DNA of 64,000 nucleotides from Actinoallomurus sp. GTDB lineage: Bacteria; Actinomycetota; Actinomycetes; Streptosporangiales; Streptosporangiaceae. The notes beneath the pieces are model-generated. The model made no database searches, was not told the origin of the DNA, and was given only the letters and a program-made list of their open reading frames with translations. The DNA lies in assembly GCA_025964625.1 (NCBI GenBank), contig JAOPYL010000214.1:7542-71541 (forward strand), in the 5' to 3' direction. Positions 20,143 to 29,568 of this stretch are shown here, piece by piece. The stretch's first letter is position 1; each line of letters starts with the position of its first letter. Made by a program: the position numbers and the translations under genes.

Positions 20143-20820
20143 GTGACGACCACGAGCAAGGACAACGGACCGCAGCGGTCCGACGCCCGCACCGGCACCG
20201 GGGGCGGTGCCCGCCGTCGCGCCAAGGGCTCGTCGGCGCTCGCCTCCGAGCGCCGGGAGCACCTCGTGAAGCTCGCGGCCGAGCTCTTCGCCAAGAAGGG
20301 GTATCAGGCCACGACCGTCCGCAACATCGCGGATGAGGCGGGGATCCTGTCCGGCAGCCTCTACCACCACTTCGACTCCAAGGAGTCGATCGTCGACGAG
20401 ATCCTCTCGTCGTTCTTCAACGAGTTGACCGCCGCGAACCAGGCCGCACTGGAGAAGGGCGGCGATCCGCGTGCGGTCATCTCCGCCCTGGTCCGCATCT
20501 GCTTCAGCACGCTGGTACCCCACCGCGCCGCCATCATGGTCATGCAGAACGACTGGAACTACCTCAAGCAGTTCGACCGGTTCGACTACCTGTCCAGGTC
20601 CGAGGAAGAGACCGAGCGGATGTGGATCGGCCAGATCGAGCGGGGCCAGGAGACGGACCTGTTCCGGAGCGACATCGACCCGAAGCTGACCTACCGGATG
20701 ATCCGCGACACCATCTGGGTGACGGTGCGCTGGTTCCAGCCCGGCGGCCGGCTCGACGCCCAGGGCCTCGCCGATCACTACATCAAGGTTCTGTTCGACG
20801 GTATCTCCGTCCACCAGTGA
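20143..20820 (+). CDS. kstR2: TetR-family regulator KstR2
   Basis: ATTVRNIADEAGILSGSLYHHFDSKE and YRMIRDTIWVTVRWFQPGG closely match KstR2 (Rv3557c) as recalled. Confidence 0.85.
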   Translation: MTTTSKDNGPQRSDARTGTGGGARRRAKGSSALASERREHLVKLAAELFAKKGYQATTVRNIADEAGILSGSLYHHFDSKESIVDEILSSFFNELTAANQAALEKGGDPRAVISALVRICFSTLVPHRAAIMVMQNDWNYLKQFDRFDYLSRSEEETERMWIGQIERGQETDLFRSDIDPKLTYRMIRDTIWVTVRWFQPGGRLDAQGLADHYIKVLFDGISVHQ

Positions 20821-20823
20821 GCC

Positions 20824-20848
20824 CGCGCTCCCCGGTTCGGGGAACGCG
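20824..20848 (+). terminator. Hairpin after kstR2
   Basis: CGCG-c-TCCCCG-GTT-CGGGGA-a-CGCG immediately after the stop. Confidence 0.45.
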
Positions 20849-21072
20849 TCCGGACGCCGGCGCCGACGATCCACGTCAGTAGAACCCACCGCCGGCGGCG
20901 GTGACAGAAACGGGCCCGCCGGGTGAGCGGGCCGCCATACATGGGAATCACCTCGGTAACTCGTCTGTCCCGAGAGTCCCGGTTCAGGGGACGAGCTGCG
21001 CGCGGTCTCGGGCACCCGATGGGACGTCAGGGGCCCGCCGTAAAATAGAGGTCGTCAGCGAATGGAGGGGCG

Positions 21073-21882
21073 ATGACGAGCGATCTGAACTCTCTGGCCG
21101 ACGGGGTGTTCTTCATCGGCAACGCCACCACGGTGATCCGCTTCGGCGGGTTCACTCTGCTGACCGATCCGAACTTCCTGCGCCGTGGCCAGCGCGCCTA
21201 CCTGGGGTGGGGGCTCAGCACCCGGCGGTTACGCGATCCCGCCGTGTCGATCGATCAGCTGCCGGCACTGGACGCGGTCGTGCTGTCGCACCTCCACGGT
21301 GACCACTGGGACCGGGTGGCGACTCGTCACCTCGACCGCGACCTGCCGATCGTCACGACCAGCGCCGCGTCGCGGCGGTTGCGGCTGCGCGGGTTCGGCG
21401 GAGCCCAGGGTCTGCGGCGGTGGCAGCAGCACGAGTTCACGAAGGGCGATCGGACCGTACGGATCACCTCGTTGCCCGCCCGGCACGCGCCGGGCGCCGC
21501 CCAGATGCTGCTGCCGCCGGTGATGGGCAGCCTGCTGGAGTTCGGGCCCCGTGGTGGCGGCGTGGACCTGCGGATGTACATCAGCGGCGACACCATCATG
21601 TGCGACGAGCTCCGGGCGATCCCGCGCCGCTACCCCGACATCGACGTCGGCGTGGTGCATCTCGGCGGGACGACGGTGCTCGGCGTGCTGGTGGTGACGA
21701 TGGACGGCCGGCAGGGCGCCGACTGGATGGAGCTCATCGGAGGCCGGCAGGTCATCCCCATCCACACCGACGACTACGACGCGTTCAAGTCCCCGTACTC
21801 CGACTTCGAACGCGAGGTGCGGAAGCGGGGCCTTCTCGACAACGTGCGGCACGTCGAGCGCGGGACCGCGGTACCGCTCTGA
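21073..21882 (+). CDS. MBL-fold metallo-hydrolase (UPF0173/beta-lactamase-like)
   Basis: LLTDPNF, SHLHGDH, YISGDT, IPIHTDDY; GGAGG RBS. Confidence 0.9.
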   Translation: MTSDLNSLADGVFFIGNATTVIRFGGFTLLTDPNFLRRGQRAYLGWGLSTRRLRDPAVSIDQLPALDAVVLSHLHGDHWDRVATRHLDRDLPIVTTSAASRRLRLRGFGGAQGLRRWQQHEFTKGDRTVRITSLPARHAPGAAQMLLPPVMGSLLEFGPRGGGVDLRMYISGDTIMCDELRAIPRRYPDIDVGVVHLGGTTVLGVLVVTMDGRQGADWMELIGGRQVIPIHTDDYDAFKSPYSDFEREVRKRGLLDNVRHVERGTAVPL

Positions 21883-21908
21883 CCGGGCCTTGCCCGCCTC
21901 GTGACGGG

Positions 21909-23009
21909 TCAGCGCGTGAGTATCGCGGCGCTGCCGTAGCTGCCGCCGAATCCGGCGCAGAGGGCGACCTCGGCGCCGGGCACCTGGTTCACGCCGTCGC
22001 CGCGCAGCTGGCGTACGGCTTCGGCGACGTTGTTGAGGCCGTGGACGTACCCCTCGGACAGCAGGCCGCCATGCGGGTTGACCGTCCGGAGGCCGCCGTC
22101 GCGCAGCACGCCGGGCAGGTCCTCGCGGGCACAGAGCCCGAAGTCCTCGAGCTGACGGGGCACCAGCCAGGAGTAGGCGTCGTACAGCAGCGCCACGTCC
22201 ACGTCCCCGGGCGTCATGCCCGCGGCTTCGTAGAGCGGGCCGGAGACGTACGAGGAGAAGATCCTCGTCACGTCGCCGGCCGTGCCCATGGTCGACGCGC
22301 CCGTGCCGCCGCCTCGTACGACCGCGTGGATCCTGGGCGCGCCGGGCGCGCCATCGGCCTCGGTGACGACGAGCGCGCAGGCGCCGTCGGTCTCCTGACA
22401 GCAGTCCGCACGGCGCAGCGGTGAGGCCACCAGGGGGCTTGCCCAGTAGTCCTCCGGCTCGCGGCGCAGTGCGCGGGGGTTGGCGGCGGCGTGCTCACGC
22501 GACTGGCGTACCACCCCGCACAGGTCGTGCTCGGTGAGCCCGGAGTCGTACAGATAGCGCTGGGCGGCGAGCGCGAACTGCTGCACCGGGCCGGCCATGC
22601 CGTACGGATGGGTGAACTGCTCCTCGACGCCTTCGCCGAGCCTGAGGCCGAGGGTGTTCATGCGCCGCCCGGACCGGCCGTTCAGCGCACGGTAGACCAG
22701 CACGGTCCTGGCCAGGCCGGCGTGGATCAGCATCGCGGCGTCGCCGAGGATGGAGGCGGACTGCGTGCCGCCGCCATAGATCTCGTTGTGCCAGCCCAGC
22801 TCGATCCGCAGTTCGCGGGCCAGGTGGGTCACGGGCGCGGAGTCACCGAGGTGATAGCTCAGGATCGCGTCCGGCGTCCGCCCGGCCTCCTCGATGGCGC
22901 CGCGCGAGGCCTCCGTGGCGAGGTCCAGCTCGGTCCGGCCGGACGCGCGGGACAGCTCCGTCATCCCGACCCCGGCGATCGCCGCCTTGCCCGAGAACCC
23001 CTGCCTCAT
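21909..23009 (-). CDS. Second lipid-transfer protein / thiolase-like protein
   Basis: AAIAGVGMT, RADCCQETDG, LLYDAYS, NPHGGLLSEGY. Confidence 0.9.
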   Translation of the reverse strand: MRQGFSGKAAIAGVGMTELSRASGRTELDLATEASRGAIEEAGRTPDAILSYHLGDSAPVTHLARELRIELGWHNEIYGGGTQSASILGDAAMLIHAGLARTVLVYRALNGRSGRRMNTLGLRLGEGVEEQFTHPYGMAGPVQQFALAAQRYLYDSGLTEHDLCGVVRQSREHAAANPRALRREPEDYWASPLVASPLRRADCCQETDGACALVVTEADGAPGAPRIHAVVRGGGTGASTMGTAGDVTRIFSSYVSGPLYEAAGMTPGDVDVALLYDAYSWLVPRQLEDFGLCAREDLPGVLRDGGLRTVNPHGGLLSEGYVHGLNNVAEAVRQLRGDGVNQVPGAEVALCAGFGGSYGSAAILTR

Positions 23010-23045
23010 TCGGCTCCTCAGTGAGCACCGGCCCGACCCGCGGCG

Positions 23046-23345
23046 CTACAGCTCGTACTGGACCGCGGCGCGCTCGGCGAGGATCGGCTTGAGGCACTCG
23101 TCGATGACCGTGCGGTGCGCGGGATGGTCGCGGTAGACGGTGTACGCCTGGCGGTCGGCGAAGTCGGCGACCACCGCGAAGTCGAAGTTGCCCGGGTTGA
23201 TGCCCGCGTCGCCTCCGATGGCGTAGGCCTCCAGCTCGGAGATCAGACCGGGCAGCTCGTTCAGCCGGTCTTCGAGCGTCTGCTTCTGCTCCTCGGTCGC
23301 GCCCTCGCGCCACCGGAACACCACCACGTGACGGAATCCGGCCAT
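23046..23345 (-). CDS. Dabb (stress-responsive A/B barrel) protein
   Basis: FRHVVVFRW...YRDHPAH; GAGGAGG RBS. Confidence 0.85.
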   Translation of the reverse strand: MAGFRHVVVFRWREGATEEQKQTLEDRLNELPGLISELEAYAIGGDAGINPGNFDFAVVADFADRQAYTVYRDHPAHRTVIDECLKPILAERAAVQYEL

Positions 23346-23421
23346 CGTTCCTCCTCGCGCTCACTCCCGATACGTCGGAGACGACCCTACGGAGTCCGGG
23401 CTCCCACGCCCGCGGGGTCCC

Positions 23422-23560
23422 CCGTGGAAGCTCTCACCCGGCGACCGGATACCCGGGGACGAGGCGCGGACCAACGCCTGAAGCACGGCGGTACGCGGCA
23501 ACGGGGGCGGTCAGCCACCCCTGACCGCCCCACGGCCGAACTCTCAGGCCCATGACACGC
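23422..23560 (+). ncRNA. Glycine-riboswitch-like single aptamer (variant)
   Basis: CGTG-GA...GA-CACG P1, CGCCTGAAG...GCAAC, 11-bp hairpin GGGGCGGTCAG/CTGACCGCCCC, GAACTCTCAGGC; atypical insertion between GAAG and GCAA. Confidence 0.4.
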
Positions 23561-23802
23561 CGTCCATTGCCGCCTCCCTCTCCCGTTCTGCCCGCGGTGG
23601 CCCCGCTCCCGGATGCGGTGATCTCGTGGCACTGAGGCTAGGAAATCGTCGGCCGACTGGAAATACGTATTTTGACCTATTTTGACACGGCCACTACCGG
23701 TATTTACCGATCCACTCGCTGTCACCGGGCACTCTCGGCCAGGGCCGGTCCGAGCCGGGACCGATGGTCCGGGGCTTTCCCGGCGGCCGAAAGCTGCTAC
23801 GC

Positions 23803-23822
23803 TACCAAGCGAGCGCTTGGTA
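23803..23822. promoter_or_regulatory. KstR2-type operator TACCAAGC-GAGC-GCTTGGTA
   Basis: Perfect 8-bp inverted arms, 55 nt upstream of the LLM ATG. Confidence 0.85.
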
Positions 23823-23877
23823 CGGATGCTGGTCATCCGCACACCGAGGAGGAGCCCGACCCGTGGCCGACCGACGG

Positions 23878-24936
23878 ATGAAGTTCTCGACCTTCCACCT
23901 CTTCCACCGGTTCGAAGGGCAGACCGCGAAGGAGGTGTACGACTACCAGATCGAGGTCGCCGAGCTCTGCGAGGAGCTGGGCTTCGACGGGATCTGGGTC
24001 GCCGAGCACCACTTCCGCGACTACGGGGTGATCCCGAACATCTTCACCCTGCTGTCGAACCTCGCCGCGCGCACCGAGAGGCTGCGGCTGGGCACCGGCA
24101 TCGTCGTCCTCCCCCTGCACAACCCGGTCCACGTGGCCGAAGAGGCGGCAATGGTCGACCTGCTGTCGGGCGGCCGGCTGGAGATGGGCGTCGGCCGCGG
24201 CTACCAGAGCGTGGAGTTCGAGAGCTTCGGCATCGACCTCGGCGAGGCACGCGCGCGGTTCGACGAGGCGCTCGACATCATCATCGGGCTCTGGACACAG
24301 GAGAACTTCCACTTCCAGGGCACGTTCTACGGCACGGGCAACGAGCTCACGCTGACGCCCCGGCCCCTGCAGTCGCCACACCCGCCGTTGCACGTCGCCG
24401 CGGTGAGCCCCGAGACCGTCGAGCTGTACGCCGCGCGCGGGCTGCCGATCCTCGCCGACCCGGCCGCGACGTTCAAGAAGCTCGCCAGAGCCGCGGAGAC
24501 CTGGTACCGCACCGCCGACGCCAACGGGATCGACACCGGCAGTACCGAGCTGGTGGCCAGCCGGTCGGTGTACGTCGCACCCACCGTCGAGCAGGCGCGC
24601 GAGGACCAGGTCCGCTTCGAGAAGTCCTTCGACCGGTCCAGGATCTTCAACCGGCGGAGCGCTCCGATCGACTCCAGAACCGGCCAGGTCGCCAAGGGCT
24701 TCGAGTACTGGCAGGACCGCTACCTGAAGGGCGGCACGGTGGACGCCGACTTCCGCTGGGAACAGCTGGAGGTGATCGGCGACCCCGGCCGTGTGGTCGA
24801 CCAGATCAAGATGATCCAGGACTTCGGCTTCACGAACCTGATGTGCGACTTCGGCAGCACCCGGCCGGTGCCGATCGAGGAGATGAGGAAGATGCTCAGG
24901 TTCTTCGCCGCCGAGGTCATCCCCGCCTTCCGCTAG
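23878..24936 (+). CDS. LLM-class flavin-dependent oxidoreductase
   Basis: MKFSTFHLF, LGFDGIWVAEHHF, GRLEMGVGRGY. Confidence 0.9.
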   Translation: MKFSTFHLFHRFEGQTAKEVYDYQIEVAELCEELGFDGIWVAEHHFRDYGVIPNIFTLLSNLAARTERLRLGTGIVVLPLHNPVHVAEEAAMVDLLSGGRLEMGVGRGYQSVEFESFGIDLGEARARFDEALDIIIGLWTQENFHFQGTFYGTGNELTLTPRPLQSPHPPLHVAAVSPETVELYAARGLPILADPAATFKKLARAAETWYRTADANGIDTGSTELVASRSVYVAPTVEQAREDQVRFEKSFDRSRIFNRRSAPIDSRTGQVAKGFEYWQDRYLKGGTVDADFRWEQLEVIGDPGRVVDQIKMIQDFGFTNLMCDFGSTRPVPIEEMRKMLRFFAAEVIPAFR

Positions 24937-24966
24937 ACACGCGGCGAGAACCCCACAGGAGGCGCG

Positions 24967-26472
24967 ATGTCCGTTCACGGATTGACCCTCGGCGACGTCC
25001 TCGGCGAGCACCGACGCGGCCGCCCCCTCGGCGTCGCCGCCGTCGACGCGCACGTACGGCTGACGTACCCGCAGCTCGACGAGCGGGTGAACCGGCTCGC
25101 GAATGCCCTGGCCCGCGACGGCCTCGCCCCGGGCGACCGGGTGCTGTGGCTCGGCCGGAACTCCTTCCGCGTGCTCGAGCTGCTGCTCGCCGGTGCCCGG
25201 CTCGGCGCCATCTTCAGTCCGGCCAACTGGCGGCAGAGTGCGGACGAGCTGGCCTTCGTCCTCGACGACCTCACACCGGAGGTCGTCGTCTTCGAGGAGT
25301 CCGCGTCGGTGGACGAGGCGCGCGCCAGGTCGTCCGCGACCGCGCGCTGGGTGCGGTCCGGCGAGGAGTACGAGGCGTACGTCCGCGGCGCGCCGGCCGC
25401 CGAGCCGGCCGTGGACGTCTCTCCGGCGGACCCGGTGCTCGCGCTGTACACGGCGGCCTTCGACGGGCGACCGGTCGCGGCTCTGCTCAGCCACTCGGCG
25501 CTGATCGCGCACGCGATGACGATGCTGCACATCCGGCAGATGGAGGACGGCTTCACGTTCCTCGACTGCGGCCCGCTCTTCCACGTCGGCACGATGATGT
25601 TCTGCCTGGCCACGTTCCAGATCGGCGGGACCAACGTGTTCACCCCGGCGTACGAGCCCAAGGAGGTCTGCCGGCTGATCGAGGCCGAGAGGTGCGCGCA
25701 GGCGTTCCTGTTCGGCCCGATGATCGACCAGCTCGTCGAGGCGAACTCCGGCGGCACGTACGACCTGTCGTCGCTGCGCTTCGTCTCCCACTCCCCCGAG
25801 TGGGACGCGATGATCACCGTGGACGACAGCCCGTGGTGCGCGTCGAAGATGGGGGGCTACGGGCAGACCGAGGCCGGCGGCATGCTCACCTTCCTCGGCC
25901 TGGGGCGCGGCGGACAGGGTCACGCTGGCCGGCCGTCACCGCTGGTGCACGTGCGCATCCTCGACGCCGCCGGCGCTGAGCTGCCGCCCGGCGAGACCGG
26001 CGAGATCTGCGCCCGGGGCCAGAGCCTGTTCAGCGGCTACTGGAACCGGCCGGAGCTCAACGAGGCCAAGGCCGCGGGCGGCTGGCACCACACCGGCGAC
26101 CTGGGCCGCCGGGAGGCCGACGGCACTCTCACGTTCATCGGGCCGAAACTCCGGATGATCAAGTCGGCCAGCGAGAACATCTACCCCGCCGAGGTCGAGC
26201 GGGCGCTGAGGTCGCACGGAGCCGTCGCCGACGCCGCGGTGATCGGCGTGCCCGACCCGCGGTGGGGCCAGAACGTCAAGGCGATCATCGTCCTCAGGGA
26301 AGGCGCCTCGACCCCCGCCGAGGAGATCATCGAGCATGTGCGGTCGGAGATCGCCTCGTACAAGAAACCCCGCCACGTCGAGTTCGCCGAGTCGATCCCG
26401 AAGAAGGGCCACGTCCCGGACTACGACGCCCTCGACGCGGCGTACGGCGGGGGCGGCTACCCGGGCGCCTGA
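24967..26472 (+). CDS. AMP-binding (acyl-CoA synthetase fold) protein with non-canonical P-loop
   Basis: YGQTE, WHHTGDLG and ENIYPAEVE are present, but the P-loop reads YTAAFDGRP instead of YTSGTTGxPK. Confidence 0.85.
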   Translation: MSVHGLTLGDVLGEHRRGRPLGVAAVDAHVRLTYPQLDERVNRLANALARDGLAPGDRVLWLGRNSFRVLELLLAGARLGAIFSPANWRQSADELAFVLDDLTPEVVVFEESASVDEARARSSATARWVRSGEEYEAYVRGAPAAEPAVDVSPADPVLALYTAAFDGRPVAALLSHSALIAHAMTMLHIRQMEDGFTFLDCGPLFHVGTMMFCLATFQIGGTNVFTPAYEPKEVCRLIEAERCAQAFLFGPMIDQLVEANSGGTYDLSSLRFVSHSPEWDAMITVDDSPWCASKMGGYGQTEAGGMLTFLGLGRGGQGHAGRPSPLVHVRILDAAGAELPPGETGEICARGQSLFSGYWNRPELNEAKAAGGWHHTGDLGRREADGTLTFIGPKLRMIKSASENIYPAEVERALRSHGAVADAAVIGVPDPRWGQNVKAIIVLREGASTPAEEIIEHVRSEIASYKKPRHVEFAESIPKKGHVPDYDALDAAYGGGGYPGA

Positions 26473-26497
26473 CCTGCCACGCCCCGGCCGATCCGGG

Positions 26498-27406
26498 CTA
26501 CAGGACGGCGACCGGATTGATCGGACTGCCGGTACCCCCCTCGATCGCGAGCGGCGCCGCGACGAACAGGAACTCCGTGCGTCCCATCCCTGCCAGCTCT
26601 TCCAGCCAGAGCATCTCGGCGAGGTGGATGCCGTGCCGCCACAGGAAGATCAGGTGAAGGTCGTCGCCGAGCTCCTCGTCGGCCAGCTGGTGCTCGTTCA
26701 GTCCGCCGATCGCGGCGTTGTCGCAGGCCACCATCGTGACGTCCCGTTCGGCGAGCCAGCGGCCCGCCTCGGCGGACAGCCCGGGCTGGCCGGCCCAGTA
26801 CGCCTCCGGCGAGTCCTGCCAGGTCAGCGGCCAGCCGGTGCGGACGACCGCGACGTCCCCCGGTCGCAGCCGCGTTCCGCAGGCCGCCAGGTCCTCGGCC
26901 GAGACCCGGTCACCCGCCGCCAGATGACGGACCCCCCGGAGTCCGGGGACGTCGAAGAGCACGCCGCGCGCCACCACGGGTCCCGCCTTGTCGATGCCGC
27001 ACCGCGTCGCGCCGTACGAGCGGACCCGCCCGGCCGGATGCCCGTTGTAGAGCTCCTCCCCCGCCCACATGTGGCAGAGCGCGTCCATGTGGGTGGTGGT
27101 GCCGTGCGGCGTGACGATCAGCGCGTCGTCGGCCATCTTGAGGCCTGCCCCGATCGAGCGGGCACCTGCGGCGTAGTCGCCGCCGTCGACCGACATGAAG
27201 TGCTGCGGCAGCGGCCGTCCGCGCAGGTGGGGGACGGTGGTGGGGGCCGGCGAGGAGGTGGCGCCGCGGATCGGGAGCGACAGGCTGAGCGTCCGGCCCT
27301 CGCGAACGCAGGACGCGGCGGCCAGGATGACGTCGGGGGTGAGTAGATTCATCGCACCCCGCTCGTCGGTGTCTCCCCACCGACCCCAATTATTGGTCTC
27401 GCGCAC
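26498..27406 (-). CDS. Cyclase family (kynurenine formamidase-like) metal hydrolase
   Basis: NNWGRWGDTDERGAMN, HGTTTHMDALCH, GGTGSPINPVAV. Confidence 0.9.
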   Translation of the reverse strand: MRETNNWGRWGDTDERGAMNLLTPDVILAAASCVREGRTLSLSLPIRGATSSPAPTTVPHLRGRPLPQHFMSVDGGDYAAGARSIGAGLKMADDALIVTPHGTTTHMDALCHMWAGEELYNGHPAGRVRSYGATRCGIDKAGPVVARGVLFDVPGLRGVRHLAAGDRVSAEDLAACGTRLRPGDVAVVRTGWPLTWQDSPEAYWAGQPGLSAEAGRWLAERDVTMVACDNAAIGGLNEHQLADEELGDDLHLIFLWRHGIHLAEMLWLEELAGMGRTEFLFVAAPLAIEGGTGSPINPVAVL

Positions 27407-27431
27407 TGTCGATTCCTTCCTGGAGAAGCAC

Positions 27432-28640
27432 ATGATCGAGGGTCACTGCGATCCGGCGTTCGAAGCGGTACGCACGGCGTTCACCGACGGCTTCGAGCGA
27501 GGTGAGGAGTCCGGCGCGGCCGTCGCGGTCTATGCGGGCGACCGGCTCGTCGTGGACCTGTGGGGTGGCGTGGCCGACCGCAGGACCGGGCGGCCCTGGC
27601 TCCATGACACGCCCTGCCTGGCGTTCTCCTGCACGAAGGCGGTGACCGGCACTGCGGCGCTGCTGCTCGCCGAGCGCGGCGCGTACGACCTGAACGGCCC
27701 GGTGACCTCGTGGTGGCCGGAGTTCGGCGCCGGCGGAAAGGACTCCGCGACCGCCGAACATCTGCTCTCGCATCAGGCAGGGCTGCCCGCGCTCGGCCGT
27801 CCGGTGCCGGCCGCGGAGGCCCACGACCCGGCCGCGATGGCGGCGCTGCTGGCGTCGCAGGAGCCGGAGTGGAAGCCCGGCACCGGCCACGGCTACCACG
27901 CGCTGACGTACGGCTGGCTGGCCGGCGAGATCGTCCGCCGTCACTCGGGCCGCACGGTCGGCGAGTTCGTCCGCGAGGAGATCGCCGGCCCACGCGGCCT
28001 GGACCTGCACGTCGGCGCCCCGGACGACGTGATCGAACGCACCGCGCGGCTGACCGCCGGCCGCAGGACCGGCAACGGCGGGACGGGCCGCCGGGGCGGG
28101 CGCAGCGGAACGGGCGATACGCCGCTGCCCATGGATCCCGAAGACCCGCTCGCCAAGATGATGGCCGGCTTCGCCGAGCCGGACAGCCTGATCAACCGGA
28201 CCTTCGGCAACCCGGCGATCACCGCCGTGGCCGGGGGCAACAACAACCCGGAGATGCTGCGGGCCGGTTGGCCGGCACTCGGCATCGTGACCACCGCGCG
28301 AGCCCTCGCCGGGTTCTACCGCGACCTGCTCGCCGGCCGGATCATCGGCCGCACGACGCTGCGCGACGCCGTCGCCCGGCGGGTGGCCGGACCGGACCGC
28401 GTGATGTACATCGACAGCTCGTTCGGCCTGGGCTTCATGCGGCCCTCCCTCGTGTTCCTCACTCCGGCGGCGGGCTGGGAGTCGGCGTTCGGGCACACCG
28501 GGCTGGGCGGCTCGATCAGCCTCGGCGACATCGAGAACGGCCTGGCCGTGGCGTACATCCCGAACCGGATGGGCGACGAGATCTCCGGCGGCGTCCGGGC
28601 CTTCCGGCTCCTGGAGGCCGCCTACGCCTCGGTCGGCTGA
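27432..28640 (+). CDS. Serine hydrolase, beta-lactamase/family VIII esterase
   Basis: SxxK (FSCTK), LLSHQAG, YHALTYGWL, FGHTGLGG. Confidence 0.9.
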   Translation: MIEGHCDPAFEAVRTAFTDGFERGEESGAAVAVYAGDRLVVDLWGGVADRRTGRPWLHDTPCLAFSCTKAVTGTAALLLAERGAYDLNGPVTSWWPEFGAGGKDSATAEHLLSHQAGLPALGRPVPAAEAHDPAAMAALLASQEPEWKPGTGHGYHALTYGWLAGEIVRRHSGRTVGEFVREEIAGPRGLDLHVGAPDDVIERTARLTAGRRTGNGGTGRRGGRSGTGDTPLPMDPEDPLAKMMAGFAEPDSLINRTFGNPAITAVAGGNNNPEMLRAGWPALGIVTTARALAGFYRDLLAGRIIGRTTLRDAVARRVAGPDRVMYIDSSFGLGFMRPSLVFLTPAAGWESAFGHTGLGGSISLGDIENGLAVAYIPNRMGDEISGGVRAFRLLEAAYASVG

Positions 28641-28657
28641 GCGCCGCCGCGCGGGTT

Positions 28658-29389
28658 TCAATGCATCGTGATTCCGCCGCTGACGGACACGGTCTGGCCG
28701 GTGATGTAGCCGGCGCGGTCCGTGCAGAGGAAGGCGACGATACCCGCGACGTCGTCCGGGCGGCCGATGCGGCGCAGCGGGATCTGCCGGGCCAGCTTGT
28801 CGAGCAGGCCGGGATGCTCCCCGGCGACGGCGCGCACCATCGGGGTGTCCGTCGGGCCGGGGCAGACGACGTTGCTGGTGACGCCCTGCCGCGCGGCCTC
28901 GCGCGCCAGCGTCTTTGCCAGTCCGAACAGCCCCGCCTTGGTCGCCGCGTACGCGCCCTCGCCGCCGGACCCGGCCCGCGCTCCGTCGGAGGAGATGAAG
29001 ATCAGGCGGCCCCAGCCGCGCATGCCCGGCAGCAGCAGTCTGGTGAGCTGCATCGGCGCGCGCAGGTTGACCTTCCACATCAGGTCCCAGCTCGCCGGGT
29101 CGCTCTCGGCGAACGCCTCGACAACGCTCACCCCGGCGTTGTGAACGAGGATGTCGGCGTGACCGGTGCGGGCCGCCAGGTCGTCGATGCTCGCCGGGTC
29201 GGCGAGGTCGACCGGCTCGGCGACCGCGTCCGGAAGATCGGCGGCGGTCCTCCGTGCGGCGTCCTCGTTCAGGTCGGCGACGACCACCCGGGCGCCGAGC
29301 GCGGCCAGGTCGGCGCAGACCGCCCGCCCGATTCCGCCGGCGCCACCGGTCACCAGCGCCGTACGGCCGCCGAGCGACAGCCCCTCCAT
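28658..29389 (-). CDS. SDR oxidoreductase (BadH-like)
   Basis: TGGAGGIG, NAG, YAATK, VCPGPTDT; GAGGGAGG RBS before ATG 29389. Confidence 0.9.
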   Translation of the reverse strand: MEGLSLGGRTALVTGGAGGIGRAVCADLAALGARVVVADLNEDAARRTAADLPDAVAEPVDLADPASIDDLAARTGHADILVHNAGVSVVEAFAESDPASWDLMWKVNLRAPMQLTRLLLPGMRGWGRLIFISSDGARAGSGGEGAYAATKAGLFGLAKTLAREAARQGVTSNVVCPGPTDTPMVRAVAGEHPGLLDKLARQIPLRRIGRPDDVAGIVAFLCTDRAGYITGQTVSVSGGITMH

Positions 29390-29459
29390 TCGCCCTCCCT
29401 CACTGGTCACGCGGTCGTCGTGGCCGGCAAGCTCGACCGGCATGCCGACCACACTAACG

Positions 29460-29477
29460 AGCGAGCACTTGCTTGGG
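29460..29477. promoter_or_regulatory. KstR2-type operator AGCGAGCACTTGCTTGGG
   Basis: AGCGAGCACTTGCT has one mismatch to AnCAAGnnCTTGnT; upstream of the SDR. Confidence 0.75.
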
Positions 29478-29568
29478 TAGATGCGTCACGGGCGCGGGTA
29501 GTGTGGCGACCCGTGGAAATAGTTGCCGGAGACGACCCGGCGGGCGGATCACCTGGCGCGGGAGACCC

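Noticed and set aside
23390-23425. GTCCGGGCTCC (rnpB P4-like) and CGCGGGGTCCCC (SRP-like) words
   Set aside because: The remaining conserved RNase P and SRP elements are absent.
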